Assembly: GCA_002269645.1 (NCBI GenBank)
Contig: NIVC01000720.1
Span: 6,096-70,095 of the forward strand
DNA length: 64,000 bases
Direction of reading: 5' to 3'
Source of the DNA: Macrostomum lignano
Lineage: Eukaryota
The position numbers and the translations under genes are program-made. A model generated the notes under the pieces. It was not told the DNA's origin. It saw only the letters and a program-made list of their open reading frames with translations, and did not search any database. Of this stretch, positions 11,510 through 26,349 are shown in pieces. How positions within the stretch are numbered: the stretch's first letter is position 1; every line of letters starts with the position of its first letter.

Positions 11510-13578
11510 TTTCCTGACTGAGGATTTCAGAACTGAAGCTGACTATCCTGAAGTATTCCTGACTGAGTATTTCAGAACTGAAGCCTGAATATCCTGAAGT
11601 TTTCCTGACTGAGGATTTCAGAACTGAAGCCTGACTATCCTGAAGTATTCCTGACTGAGAATTTCAGAACTGAAGCTGAATATCCTGAAGTATTCCTGAC
11701 TGAGGATTTCAGAGCTGAAGCTGAATATCCTGAAGTATTCCTGACTGAGGATTTCAGAACTGAAGCTGACTATTCTGAAGTTTTCCTGACTGAGGATTTC
11801 AGAACTGAAGCTTAACTATCCAGAAGTTTTCCTGACTGAGGATTTCAGAACTGAAGCCTGACTATCCTGAAGTTTTCCTGAGAGGATTTCAAAACTGAAG
11901 CTTGACTATCCTGAAGTATTCCTGACTGAGGATTTCAGAACTGAAGCTTGACCATCCTGAAGATTTCCTGACTGAGGATTTCAGAACTGAAGCCTGACTA
12001 TCCAGAAGTATTCCTGACTGAGGATTTCAGAACTGAAGCTGACTATCCTGAAGTATTCCTGACTGAGGATTTCAGAACTGAAGCCTGACTGTCGTGAAGT
12101 TTTCCTGACTGAGGATTTCAGAACTGAAGCTGAATATCCTGAAGTATTCCTGACTGAGGATTTCAGAACTGAAGCTGACTATCCTGAAGTATTCCTGACT
12201 GAGGATTTCAGAACTGAAGCTGCCTAGCCTGAAGTATTCCTGACTGAGGATTTCAGAACTGAAGCTTGACTATCCTGAAGTATTCCTGACTGAGGATTTC
12301 AGAACTGAAGCTTGACTATCCAGAAGTTTTCCTGACTGAGGATTTCAAAACTGAAGCTTGACTATCCTGAAGTATTCCTGACTGAGGATTTCAGAACTGA
12401 AGCTTGACTATCCTGAAGTATTTCTGACTGAGATTTCAGAACTGAAGCTGAATATCCTGAAGTATTCCTGACTGAGGATTTCAGAACTGAAGCTTGACTA
12501 TCCAGAAGTTTTTCTGACTGAGTGTTTCAGAACTGAAGCTGACTATCCTGAAGTATTCCTGACTGAGGATTTCAGAACTGAAGCTTGACTATCCAGAAGT
12601 TTTCCTGACTGAGGATTTCAGAACTGAAGCCTGAATATCCAGAAGTATTCCTGACTGAGGATTTCAGAACTGAAGTCTGACTATCCTGAAGTTTTCCTGA
12701 CTGAGGATTTCAGAACTGAAGCCTGACTATCCTGAAGTATTCCTGACTGAGGATTTCAGAACTGAAGCTGACTATCCAGAAGTTTTCCTGACTGAGGATT
12801 TCAGAACTGAAGCTTGACTATCCAGAAGTTTTCCTGACTGAGGATTTCAGAACTGAAGCCTGAATATCCAGAAGTTTTCCTGACTGAGGATTTCAGAACT
12901 GAAGCCTGAATATCCAGAAGTTTTCCTGACTGAGGATTTCAGAACTGAAGCTTGACTATCCAGAAGTTTTCCTGACTGAGGATTTCAGAACTGAAGCCTG
13001 ACCATCCTGAAGTTTTCCTGACTGAGGATTTCAGAACTGAAGCTTGACCATCCTGAAGATTTCCTGACTGAGGATTTCAGAACTGAAGCTTGACTATCCT
13101 GAAGTATTCCTGACTGAGGATTTCAGAACTGAAGCCTGACTATCCAGAAGTTTTCCTGACTGAGGATTTCAGAACTGAAGCCTGACTATCCAGAAGTTTT
13201 CCTGACTGAGGATTTCAGAACTGAAGCCTGACTATCCTGAAGTATTCCTGACTGAGGATTTCAAAACTGAAGCTTGACTATCCTGAAGTATTCCTGACTG
13301 AGGATTTCAGAACTGAAGCTTGACCATCCTGAAGTATTCCTGACTGAGGATTTCAGAACTGAAGCTGACTATCCTGAAGTATTCCTGACTGAGGATTTCA
13401 AAACTGAAGCTTGACTATCCTGAAGTATTCCTGACTGAGGATTTCAGAACTGAAGCTTGACCATCCTGAAGTATTCCTGACTGAGGATTTCAGAACTGAA
13501 GCTGACTATCCTGAAGTATTCCTGACTGAGGATTTCAGAACTGAAGCTTGACTATCCTGAAGTATTCCTGACTGAGAT
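11510..13578 (+). repeat. 45-46-bp tandem repeat (CCTGACTGAGGATTTCAGAACTGAAGCTGACTATCCTGAAGTATT), about 45 copies
   Basis: Directly visible; begins about 200 bp upstream of the bHLH start codon. Confidence 0.97.
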
Positions 13579-14269
13579 CTTCAGTTTTAAGCTCGAAGGA
13601 ATATGATTGAAAAATTCCATAAAGTGGAAAAAGGCAATCCACTGGGGGATTGCTTAAACTAGCCCTCATTCCCAGGCGAAGTCATTAGCTCAGCATACGA
13701 GTAGCCATCGCACCTCAAGCCGCACATAGCATGGGATGGATGAAATCCGATCGTTCAATTCAAATCCCAGCAGCTTATGCAGCCAACTCGCGGATTGCCA
13801 AAACGCTGACAATACAGAACAGCCTCTTCTTCATCAGCCGCCGATTTGTGTTTACCCTAGGCAAATATTGTGGCCAACACACACCAGAGGATCGCTGTCA
13901 TTTTCACTCGCTAAATCCCCATCCCAACATATACTACACACTGCATGGTGTACTCAATGGGTCAGTGTTGAAGTTTTCAATTCCTATTTCATAATTCCAG
14001 ACAACGCAGGCAGGGCAGATCATGGCGCACAAGGGGAGCTGAGTGCTGCTCAAATCAAATATTTGCTTACATAGATGCATGGAATATTGTGCTAACATAG
14101 TAATAGCTTCTATTGAACACCATTTCAACAGGCAGCTTTTTAAAGACTTGTTTGCTCAACGAGTGACATGCGGGGCGATGGGCGATTTCAAGATGGTAAA
14201 CTCAGTCCGTGACGAAAGTATGTTGGGAAATTTATGAAAGAATAAATGGGGGAAAGGAGGGCTGGCAGG

Positions 14270-16132
14270 GAAACTAGGGGGGTCAGGGACACTAGGGGTG
14301 TCAGGGACACTAAAGGTGTCAGGGACACTAGGGTTGTCAGGGACACTAGGGGTGTCAGAGACACTAAAGGTGTTAGGGACATTAGGGGTGTCAGGGACAC
14401 TAGGGCTGTCAGGGACACTAAAGGTGTTAGGGACATTAGGGCTGTCAGGGACACTAGGGCTGTCAGGGACACTAAAGGTGTCAGGGACACTAGGGTTGTC
14501 AGGGACACTAGGGGTGTCAGGGACACTAAAGGTGTTAGGGACATTAGGGGTGTCAGGGACACTAAAGGTGTCAGGGACACTAAAGGTGTTAGGGACATTA
14601 GGGGTGTCAGGGACACTAAAGGTGTCAGGGACACTAAAGGTGTCAGGGACACTAGGGCTGTCAGGGACACTAGGGGTGTCAGGGACACTAGGGTTGTCAG
14701 GGACACTAGGGGTGTCAGGGACACTAGGGTTGTCAGGGACACTAGGGGTGTCAGAGACACTAAAGGTGTTAGGGACATTAGGGGTGTCAGGGACACTAGG
14801 GCTGTCAGAGACACTAAAGGTGTTAGGGACATTAGGGCTGTCAGGGACACTAGGGCTGTCAGGGACACTAAAGGTGTCAGGGACACTAGGGTTGTCAGGG
14901 ACACTAGGGGTGTCAGGGACACTAAAGGTGTTAGGGACATTAGGGGTGTCAGGGACACTAAAGGTGTTAGGGACATTAGGGGTGTCAGGGACACTAAAGG
15001 TGTCAGGGACACTAAAGGTGTTAGGGACATTAGGGGTGTCAGGGACACTAAAGGTGTTAGGGACATTAGGGGTGTCAGGGACACTAAAGGTGTCAGGGAC
15101 ACTAAAGGTGTTAGGGACATTAGGGGTGTCAGGGACACTAAAGGTGTTAGGGACATTAGGGGTGTCAGGGACACTAAAGGTGTTAGGGACATTAGGGGTG
15201 TCAGGGACACTAAAGGTGTCAGGGACACTAAAGGTGTTAGGGACATTAGGGGTGTCAGGGACACTAAAGGTGTCAGGGACACTAAAGGTGTCAGGGACAC
15301 TAAAGGTGTCAGGGACACTAAAGGTGTCAGGGACACTAAAGGTGTTAGGGACATTAGGGGTGTCAGGGACACTAAAGGTGTCAGGGACACTAAAGGTGTC
15401 AGGGACACTAAAGGTGTCAGGGACACTAGGGCTGTCAGGGACACTAGGGGTGTCAGGGACACTAGGGTTGTCAGGGACACTAGGGGTGTCAGGGACACTA
15501 GGGTTGTCAGGGACACTAGGGGTGTCAGGGACACTAAAGGTGTCAGGGACACTAAAGGTGTTAGGGACATTAGGGGTGTCAGGGACACTAAAGGTGTCAG
15601 GGACACTAAAGGTGTCAGGGACACTAGGGGTGTCAGGGACACTAAAGGTGTCAGGGACACTAAAGGTGTCAGGGACACTAGGGCTGTCAGGGACACTAGG
15701 GGTGTCAGGGACACTAAAGGTGTCAGGGACACTAAAGGTGTCAGGGACACTAGGGGTGTCAGGGACACTAGGGGTGTCAGGGACACTAGGGCTGTCAGGG
15801 ACACTAGGGGTGTCAGGGACACTAGGGGTGTCAGGGACACTAAAGGTGTCAGGGACACTAGGGGTGTCAGGGACACTAGGGGTGTCAGGGACACTAGGGC
15901 TGTCAGGGACACTAGGGCTGTCAGGGACACTAAAGGTGTCAGGGACACTAAAGGTGTCAGGGACACTAAAGGTGTCAGGGACACTAAAGGTGTCAGGGAC
16001 ACTAAAGGTGTCAGGGACACTAGGGCTGTCAGGGACACTAGGGCTGTCAGGGACACTAAAGGTGTCAGGGACACTAAAGGTGTCAGGGACACTAGGGCTG
16101 TCAGGGACACTAGGGCTGTCAGGGACACTAGT
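14270..16132 (+). repeat. 18-bp minisatellite (GTCAGGGACACTAAAGGT and variants), about 100 copies
   Basis: Directly visible; stop-free in several frames, which explains the long artefactual ORFs. Confidence 0.98.
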
Positions 16133-16589
16133 GTTAGTGGCAGCTACGGTGTTAGACTGTTAGTGTTAACTAGGCATTAGAAGACACTGCTTGGACAGTG
16201 CTCACAATTTACTTTTTTACTCTAATGATTGCTATCGGATCTGCCTTGTAGATCAACTCCCCAGCAATAAAATGACAAAGACAGTGGGAAACAAGACAAG
16301 AAAAGTATTTACTTAGTTTCAAAATAGCTCACAGAACACAGCCGATATATTTAATAGTAGTAACTACAGTAACCAGTAAGTATAATATTACACCCAAGAA
16401 CTTAGCCTTCTTATGATTATACAGCTATAACCACTATGAAGAATATGTGTAGCATATACATAAAGAAATTATGGAACAGTTTTTGGTTAACAATTAATCT
16501 TACCACACAGTTTGTCTAGGCAGGAATAATGAAAACATTTCTAATAATAGCCGGCCTATAACATGTTTTTATTCCAAATTTAACCTAAA

Positions 16590-17035
16590 GACCAGCCACC
16601 CCAATGTACACTAGCTAGGACACCAGCCACCCCAATGTACACTAGCTAGGACACCAGCCACCCCAATGTACACTAGCTAGGACACCAGCCACCCCAATGT
16701 ACACTAGCTAGGACACCAGCCACCCCAATGTACACTAGCTAGGACACCAGCCACCCCAATGTACACTAGCTAGGACACCAGCCACCCCAATGTACACTAG
16801 CTAGGACACCAGCCACCCCAATGTACACTAGCTAGGACAGCAGCCACCCCAATGTACACTAGCTAGGACACCAGCCACCCCAATGTACACTAGCTAGGAC
16901 ACCAGCCACCCCAATGTACACTAGCTAGGACACCAGCCACCCCAATGTACACTAGCTAGGACACCAGCCACCCCAATTTACACTAGCTAGGACACCAGCC
17001 ACCCCAATGTACACTAGCTAGGACACCAGCCACCC
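16590..17035 (+). repeat. 31-bp tandem repeat (ACCAGCCACCCCAATGTACACTAGCTAGGAC), about 14 copies
   Basis: Directly visible, near-perfect. Confidence 0.97.
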
Positions 17036-17231
17036 TATGCATGCTTGTATAATTGCCTAAAATTGATGATAAATCGATGATAATCAAACTTAAGTAATCT
17101 CCACTTTGTCATACTGTGCAAACGAAAAAGGCAAACAATAAGAGCTGGAATGACGCCAGTAACAGAATGAGGCACAGAGTCTGCATGTTGCTGAGCAGAT
17201 AAACAATTTTTACGACTGTGATGCACTAAAT

Positions 17232-17682
17232 AGATAACTCGTCGAACTTTTCACCCGGAATTTCGCCCGGAATTTTTTCCTATTCCAGTAATGCAATCCG
17301 ATCCGGGTGGAAATTCCGGATCTGTAACGAAAGTTTACAGAATCCGGGCGAATTTTCCGGATCATTTGGTCCGGATCACTGGGGAATTCCGACTCAAGTC
17401 CCGAAATCTCACCCGGAACATTTTCACCCGGAACACTACTGAAATTCGGGTGTACACCCAGAATTCCATAGTGTTTCGGGTGAAAAATTCCGGAAAATCC
17501 AACCGGAACAGCTTTCCTTTTCCCGAAATTTTACCGGATCATATTTCCGGATCTTTTTCCGGAAAAAGGGGCTGTTCCGGGCCAAAAAGCTGATCCGGGC
17601 GTTCACCCGGAAATAATTAAAAATCGGGCCCGGATCACAAAATTCCGTAAAAAATTCCGGTGAAAAGTTCGACGGGAAACTA
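17232..17682. mobile_element. MITE-like element with ~23-bp terminal inverted repeats and CCGG-rich interior
   Basis: CGTCGAACTTTTCACCCGGAATTT at 17240 versus AAATTCCGGTGAAAAGTTCGACG near 17652-17674; many internal TCCGG/CCGGA subrepeats; non-coding. Confidence 0.65.
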
Positions 17683-18072
17683 TGTAACTAGAAAAAACAG
17701 GCCAAAAATGACATAACATCCTCTAACAATAAATATTTATGTTGATAAAATGAAAATATAAATTACTAAATATAAAACAAATTAATATTATTTGTTCGAT
17801 GCGAGAAAAACTCAGTTTTAAACAAAAATTAATTAACGCGGCACTATTAAAGCAGCATAATAAGCATATCGTACAACACAGATAATGAATGTAAGCCGAA
17901 TACGCAAAGATCAATATTCAGGTATAGATACATTCAGTACAATTGATGTTGAAGAGCTGTGACCCGACAGGCTGTAGAGGGGAAAATAAATGTTACATAG
18001 AGTGCAAGAGTTCATGCAGAACAGCGTTATAAAAAATCGCATTTACCCTGCCAAGACCAGTCCTCAGACTCT

Positions 18073-20551
18073 TCAGTCCATCTTGATATTGGCATAGATG
18101 TAGCGAACGAACCGAAACGAGGCCGCAAACGACACGGCGCCCAGACTAAGAAAGAACACGTAGCACAGCAACAGGCTGTAGCCGAAGAACTGCACAGCCT
18201 GCACCGCGCCGGACATGCTGGCCCGCCAGAAATAATAGTACACCGAGTACGCCAGCACGAACAGCGAAGCCGAGCCGCCGCTGAATAGCGAGCGCCACCA
18301 CCAGCGATAGTCTTCTGCTGACAGCTGGAAATAAGTGGTGGTGACGGACACGCAGGCCGTCACGAACAGCAGGATGACGTACACCAGAGTGAGAATGCCG
18401 TACAGAGAGTAGTGTTGCCGGCCCCACACGGTGGCGTACACATAGTACAGCTCTACAGACACGGCGCTGAATGACAGAAACCCGGAGATCAGGCAGTGCA
18501 CAGGCCAGCTCTTGTAGCAGGGCAGGGGCGGGATCTCTCTAGCAATGTTCCTAGTGCGGCAGGGCGCGTCCAGCCCGGCTGGCACCCGCTTGCCGAACGA
18601 GCCGCCAACAATGGTGAGGGGGAAGCCCACCAGCAGCCACAGGCTCAGCAGCAGCAGCACTGTAGACCAGGGCAGGGCCTGGGTGGTGCCGTAGGCCCAG
18701 ACCACCGAGTTAACAACTGCCCACACCAAAAACAGCGGCACGGCAAACAGTGCCGACGTGATCAACACGTTGCGAACCCATCGCTCGCCGCCCAGCTGAC
18801 GGAACAGGCGGCAGGACACGAATCCGGCTACACCAGAGGTCAGCGCGTACAGCAGCACGCAGGCGGAGTTCATGCTGCCGTGGTTGTGCACGTTGAACAG
18901 TCCCAGCAGGGCCATGCCCAGCAGGCCAGTGACGATGGACAGGAACTGGGCGCCAACGCCAACCACAGCCGAGTAGAAGCACTTGTGCCCGGGCGGCCGG
19001 AACACATCGGCGTGCACAGACTTCCAGCCAAGATTGTCCTCGTCAAGGCTGGCGGCCTCGGCGGCGGTGGAGCCGACCGGACCCTCGTCGTCCAGATTGT
19101 AGCGAGCGAAATCGCGTCGCAGAATCCGGCAGAGGATGACGCTAACAAAGGCGATGAGCAGGGCCACGAGTACAAGGGAATTGATCACAGATAGCCAGTG
19201 AATCTCCAGGCTCTTGGGGAAGAATGACGTGTCCCTGATCAGCTGGGCGCGGTCCTCGAAGCTCACAGCCGATGGCACCCAGCTGACGGAGTAGGTGAAG
19301 CGGAGCGCCGGGCTGGCGGGGGTGATCTCGTCCAGGTCGACCTGCGGGGTGGGAATCGAAGTGTGGAATTATTATGGGAATTCCAGGTAATCTGCCATCG
19401 TCACCAGGTAATTGCCGAATTCCAATCTCAAAACTGACGAATCCCAGTCTCTCAAAACTGCCAAATTTCATATCTCAAAACTGCAAAATCTCTAATCTCA
19501 AAAATTGCTGAATCCAAATATCAAAACTGCCGTATTCCAATCTCAAAACTGACGAATTCCAATCTCAAAACTGCCGAATTCCAATCTCTGCCGAATCACA
19601 GTCTCTCAAACGTGCCGTATCTTCATCTCAAAACCAGCAAATCCGGGTCCTAAAAACTCTAATTATAAAATTTTCAGCAGTTTTTAAATAACTTAGAAAA
19701 AACATCAATCTAAAAAACTTACGCAGGCACCAATTCATACACACGCTCACCCAGGGTGTAAAGCGGCCCTGACTATCTAATCATCAGGCATGTACACTCT
19801 GTGTGCACTGGAGGCTGGCCCTCATGGCTGTGAATCGCCCCTGGGCCAATTTGCATGCACACGAGCCCCAAATGAATGCGGCCGACCGCGCGCGGAATCG
19901 AACCAGGGGTCTGGGCCGCGAGGGTCGGATGCGTCACCGCTGAGCAGCTCTGCCCCCCCCCCAAGACGGAAACAGAAACGAGGCGAATACCTTTCCAGAG
20001 GTAGCAACCGAAGCGTACACAATCCGATCATTCTTATAATAAAATTTGAAGTCCAGGTGAGTCCACAGATAAACCCGATGCGTGTGCGGCACCAGGCCGG
20101 CCTCTTCCAGGTGGCCGAGGAATCCTCTGACAGGGATGTCATCGACAACGAACTCAAAGTAGTACAGATCCTCAACGGCGCTGCGCAGGCGAGCCAGGTC
20201 AGACTCGGTTAAAGTCTTTGAGCACAGCAAAGTGTTGGTGGCAGGCAGGCTAAACTTCACATTGAACATGGACACCGCCATCCGATCTCCGTCGAGCAGC
20301 TCGCCAAGCGACATGGACTTGTGCACAATAGTATCTGGACGGCACACCGGCAATTCGTAATAGTGATAAGTTTCGTGAGGATTGTAATAGGGACCGACCT
20401 TGTTCACGTAGATTGGAACAGGACTGCCGGAGCTGTAGTGGCCAGCTGAATGGGCTGTCTGGCAGAGAGCCAGGCACAGACCCAGAACAGTAAACAGTGG
20501 GACCAGCATTGTAGGGAGTAGTTGCATGCAGAAATTTGTACTAGACATCAT
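18073..20551 (-). CDS. TM9SF1: Transmembrane 9 superfamily member 1 (nonaspanin); exons 20551-19991, 19341-18073
   Basis: Signal peptide, [53 protein letters not shown] and terminal IYANIKMD; about 609 aa with a phase-0 intron. Confidence 0.92.
19370..19620 (+). repeat. Degenerate ~22-bp repeat (GAATTCCAATCTCAAAACTGCC) in TM9SF1 intron
   Basis: Recurring ATCTCAAAACTG core. Confidence 0.8.
19745..19960 (-). mobile_element. Possible tRNA-derived SINE in TM9SF1 intron
   Basis: Minus-strand head GGGGCAGAGCTGCTCAGCGGTGACGCA...CCTGGTTCGATTCC has pol III A-box/B-box-like spacing, followed by a GC-rich body; no clear tail or target-site duplication. Confidence 0.4.
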
Positions 20552-20704
20552 TTAAAATATTTAATGTGACACCTTGTGTCTCGATATTCAGTCTATTTAT
20601 AGCAATTTAAAAGCATGTTTTTTGAATATTTATTTCCTTTAGCATTCAAGCAGATTAAAGAAATTTTAACTGTCTTCTTTATCTTTCAAGACAATTTTGC
20701 ATCT

Positions 20705-21523
<819 letters not shown>

Positions 21524-22836
21524 ACATACAAACCTTATAGATTATAGTATATTTGGATTTAGTATACTGTGATAGGATCATTCAATAACATTAAAGATCC
21601 AATAATAGTTAGCTGCCTCAGAAGACTTAGAGACAATGCTAGGCTATAGAAAGTGCTATTATTAAGACCTATTAATGCCTTGAATTTATTAAAATCACTG
21701 TAATACCAATAAGTAGAAGTAAGATAAAACCCTAATTTCAAAATCCTAGGGTCTAACAAAAGTCTAGAAATTTCAATCATACAATCATACCAAATAATAT
21801 CTTTAAATAGATAGGCTTGGCATTAACTAAGTGTTCACTATAATATAATTGCAACACATTAATTAGATCATTGGTTTTAATACAAAGAAACCAAAATCAA
21901 TTTTATTAGGCCTAAGACTATAACATTAAAGTTAAAAATGAATATTATAGACTTTAAGAATCTTTAAGCAATAAATAAATAATATAAGCAATCCTATATA
22001 CTAATTTGGTCTTCCTACTGCCATTTAGTAAATTAATGGCTTCATTATCACATCTTATAGAACCATGAAGTATCTCTGTTTCAATGGTTAGACATGGTTT
22101 GATTCTAGAATTTACGCTTGAAGTTTTTATAACTAACAAATGCAAATGTTTTAATGTCAATAAGCTAAAATTAACTAAGCAATGGTATTTAAGTTAATAT
22201 AAGTTTTAATCTACCTTAATTTTAGTTTATTATCTTATAAAAAGTGAAAGTAAAAAGCCTAGGCCCTAGCCTAGTAAAAGGTATAGAATTAATTATATTT
22301 GACTTTATATTATTAAAAGATATAAAAAATAAATATTTTTTGTTAAAAAACTTTGTTAAAATTAGTCTTAAATTTTGTTAGGTCTACCTATCTATACCTT
22401 GCTATTGGTCTCAATGGTTTGCTACAAGCCTACAATTTTGTTAGCTAGATTGACTAGGGGCCTATAGGTTGATTATAATGCACAACCAAGGGTAGAGAAT
22501 AGTCTCTCCTCTTACCTTATAAGGGGAGACTTGAAAAAATCTAGGGGGGGGGGGGGACCAAGCATATTTTCCCAAAAACAAAGCTACTTCTCTTTGCCCC
22601 TCAAGTCTTTACCTTCTTGCTTCTAGAACCTGTCCCCTCCTCAACAAATTTCTGGTTGCGCTACTGACATGTATATAATAATTATTGATATATAATTTGA
22701 TTATTACTAATATTGGATATAAAACTATTACTTATAGGCCTAACTTATATTTATTTTTAGGCCTTAATAAAGGCAAAGCTTTTAAAAATAATCAAATTTA
22801 AAAAAGTCAAATTGTTAAACAAGGAAATTAGACATG

Positions 22837-23096
22837 GGGCCTTTTCATATTGCTTGCTCTGGTTCCAGAACCAGAACCAATTTGTGAAGTATAACTTTTT
22901 GTCTCCATAACTAGAGGGAGATACGTACTATAAAGTTTTTATTATTGAATGACAATCGCCAAAAAGAAAGTGAAAAATTGTGCTAAGTTAGGTTGTTAAG
23001 GCAGTAAAATATTAACAGAGTTTAATAGTTATACTGCTGTTTTTCTTGGAATTCCGAACCGATTCTGGTTCTGGAATTGGTAATATGAAAAGGCCC
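22837..23096. mobile_element. Small MITE, PIF/Harbinger-like ends
   Basis: Perfect 15-bp terminal inverted repeat GGGCCTTTTCATATT...AATATGAAAAGGCCC, flanked by ATG on both sides (candidate 3-bp target duplication); subterminal GGTTC/GAACC repeats. Confidence 0.6.
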
Positions 23097-25146
23097 ATGG
23101 CCATGGTATACTTTTGAAATAAATTATAATGTAAATTTACAAAACCCATTTGACAGGGTTGAGGATCGTGCAGTTAGTGTACGCCGGAATAAGAATCCTA
23201 GCTCATCTAAATGTACGCCAGTGTACGCCAAAAACAAAAATCCTATGTCCTAAAAATGAAAATCTTTTCCCTAAAAATGTACGCCAAAAAATTCCTCCTA
23301 AAAAAGGTCATTCGGTTTATCACGAGTAGAGTTTTCTAAGAAAGGATTTCGTACGAAAGTCTTTTTAAGCCAAAACCTATCTTCAAGTTCAACCAGACAC
23401 TAATCGATTATCATAACTCAAACTGAACTCAAAGCTTCATGCTCGAGAACTATTCCGGGTGAAGTCCTGCATGTCAATTTTCAGCGACAGAGAGCAAGCA
23501 GAAGTACTCGAAATCGAATATCAATTTAATACACTGTGGAGATAGGAAGCACCAGTTTTTTGCAAATTGTAAAAAATCCTTTCAATCTGTAGCCGTAATT
23601 TTTTTAAGTTGGTCTATTTCGTGGTGACGTTTTTTTTGTAAAAAATCATGGCATTTGGTGCTTTAAAAGCAGAGTTTTTTGTTATTTCCGAAAATCAATC
23701 TTGAATATCACTTGCTCAGGGATCGAATCCCTGCATCACATATACTTCTTTTAAAAGTTGGTACCCTTGGGCTTTTTAAAAAGTATAAAAACTAGGCCTG
23801 ATTAATGAAGTATTTCACTGTTTTTTTAGCTTATTTGTTGAGTTTTAAATCTTATACTCTTTTTTTAAATCCTGGAAATCTTAGAAATCAATATATCTAT
23901 TATCTAGTTCTTGTCTAAACCCAAATTGAATATTTTAAACATAATATTTGTAAAATAAAATATTGGCTTAGCAATATTTATTTTTTAAGAACTATATATA
24001 CAAACAAAATAACATAGGCCTAAGATTAGAAAGCAAATAATGACTGTCACTGAAGGAATAGCAAATGTTACTAAAGGCCGTATAACCAAAGTTTAAACTA
24101 TATTTAATTGCCTTTTTTCTATACTAGCACACCCCAGAAGACATCAAAAATGCCAAAATTTTCTAGCATGTATTTGGCTTAGTTCAAGCATTTTATGCAA
24201 TTAGGTTTGATTGTTTGAATGTGTTTTCTAATATATATTTAATATTATCTAGAATATGGAGACTACATTTGATACCTACTTTCTATCTATAACTTATGCT
24301 TTCCATGTGTGCCATGTACCTTGTATATACCCTGCTTCTTTTTTCTATGCAACATTTTCTATATGCATTTCCTATATGTTAGAGTCTGACCGAAGTCTTA
24401 ATCTTGATCTTAAAAGTATAAAAATATTGTGAAGTGCCAAATAAAAAACAAATAAGTGCTAATTAATTGTCTAATGCATAATTAGCACTTTTTTGTTTGC
24501 TAGTGTATTGACAGCTTTTTCAATTAAAATATTTTAACATTGTAATTCTACAAAACAGAGTCAAATACAAATTTTATTATTAGTATTTTTTAAAGGGAAA
24601 ATACAGATTTTTATATATGTGTTTTTTTGCAAAAAAAGCTCTAGCACATGGTGCAATCAAACTATTTTGATAGGATTTGTTCTAGCACAGGTATGCTATA
24701 ATCCTGACTATGGCTCACCCAGTTAACTATTACAAACCTTTAACCTATTTATGTATCTTACAGTGGCATATAGTGGCACAGCTAGAGTTAGTGGCTTACT
24801 TTTGCATATTTACTGCATATATTTATATATATTATTGTGATAGACATTTAAGCCTTTTCTTTTGTACTATTATCTATTTACTCATAATACAAACCAAATT
24901 TTATATATATCTTATTATAAGTATAATTCTTCTTATACAAATTCACTTTTTCAGCTAGATTTTCAATTTTCAATTGACTTATTATTGATCTCAATCTTTT
25001 TTATAAAATTCTCACTTGATCTCGCTTGAAAACAAAATTTGATCTTGTTTGGACTCTATTATATGCCATTACCAAAGCCTATTTGCATCATATAAGCAAA
25101 TGCCATCTATGAAAATAGCCGTTGGCTACAATAAAAGGCTAATAGT

Positions 25147-25446
25147 CATACATGCGCAACAGTCGGCCGAGTTGGCCAATCTGGCTGACCAATTTGGTGG
25201 CCAACCAACAAAGTCGCAAAAATGCCCACCAAAAAAAATACACCAAAGTAGTAGTACTAAGTAGATGATAAGGCATTTTGACCTAATAAGACATTCAAAG
25301 TTACTCCTGCCGTTTACCCAAAGTTGCGTTAATTTTGCTTTAGGGTTTTTTTACATGTAAGTTGTATTTTTGGCCAAAAACTACGTTGCATTTTTGTTAA
25401 AACTAAGTCGCATGGCCGACCAAATTTTGGAGGTTGCGCATGTATG
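25147..25446. mobile_element. Small putative MITE with 14-bp inverted termini
   Basis: CATACATGCGCAAC ... GTTGCGCATGTATG; internal GGCCGA/TCGGCC motifs. Confidence 0.45.
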
Positions 25447-25563
25447 CTAATATTTCATTTATTTGACTGTTAAAGCATTTAGGTCTGCATTTATTCCAAT
25501 TTGTTTCTTTACTCTCTTTCTAAGTTTCAAGAGTAAAATATTTTTCATGCTCTATAAGCAGTC

Positions 25564-26235
25564 ATGTCAGGCCAGCCCTCCCCAGCTGCCCCATCAGCAA
25601 TGACACTGGCCTATCACATTGGGGCAGACAGCCAGTCTCTAGTGCTAGAGTTCAACCGCTCTAACCTTAGCCTGGTTCGCCAGCTGCAATGTGTGCGCAT
25701 GGCCTGTCACAGCTGCCCTGGCCGCGAGTTCGACAACTTCAACGATCTGTACACTCACCTGTGCGTCTGCCGGCGCGATGTGCAGCAGCAGCAGCTGCGC
25801 CAGCGTCGAATGTCAACAGCATCAGCTTCGTCTAATCATTCAGCAGAAGCTCTGCCCCTGCCGCCGCCGCCGCCTCAGCCAATCCAGCTGCCGCCGCCAA
25901 TGCTAATAAGCGATGCCGCCCCAGTTGAGCAAGTTAAAGAAGTTCAAGCTGGCGTACCTCTGCCGCACCCTATGCTGCTGATTGACAACGAGAACAACTT
26001 GGATTTATCCGTGCCGATGCCGCTGCCTGCTGGCGAATCTGCGGCTGTGCACAGTTTCCGCGGCACCAACTGGCCTCGAGGTTGTCGGAGTAGCCGCGGC
26101 GGCGGCGGTCTTGCCAAGACTGCCGGCCCAGGTTCGCGGCTGAGCAGCGGCGGTGGCGGCGGCATCCAGCGGAGTTCGTGGCCGTGCAAAAAAAGATTCA
26201 AGTCAGTCACCGAGCGCCTGGGTGGCTATCGATGA
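25564..26235 (+). CDS. Uncharacterised protein with possible single C2HC-type zinc finger and Pro-rich region
   Basis: GC-rich 223-aa ORF in AT-rich surroundings; CHSCPGREFDNFNDLYTHLCVC; basic PCKKRFK near the C-terminus. Confidence 0.45.
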   Translation: MSGQPSPAAPSAMTLAYHIGADSQSLVLEFNRSNLSLVRQLQCVRMACHSCPGREFDNFNDLYTHLCVCRRDVQQQQLRQRRMSTASASSNHSAEALPLPPPPPQPIQLPPPMLISDAAPVEQVKEVQAGVPLPHPMLLIDNENNLDLSVPMPLPAGESAAVHSFRGTNWPRGCRSSRGGGGLAKTAGPGSRLSSGGGGGIQRSSWPCKKRFKSVTERLGGYR

Positions 26236-26349
26236 TTCTCTGATTGTTTCCTGGCGCTGGCTTTAAGAGAAATGGAATTTCCTTCGAAACTTGAATTTGG
26301 AATAACATTAGGAGTTCATTGCTATACTTCCTCTATTGGGAATCGACTT

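Noticed and set aside
11510-13578. Regular arrays as possible CRISPR loci (also 16590-17035 and 2448-2835)
   Set aside because: No unique spacers, no cas genes and a eukaryotic context; these are tandem repeats.
13731-14237. Short ORFs with possible splice sites between two satellites
   Set aside because: No consistent exon chain or protein motif could be built.
14188-16180. Three ORFs of 620-646 aa
   Set aside because: They are translations of an 18-bp minisatellite that is stop-free in several frames on both strands.
21540-25100. AT-rich block as a possible organellar insertion or hidden gene
   Set aside because: No recognisable mitochondrial gene, tRNA or coding pattern; only a small MITE was found.
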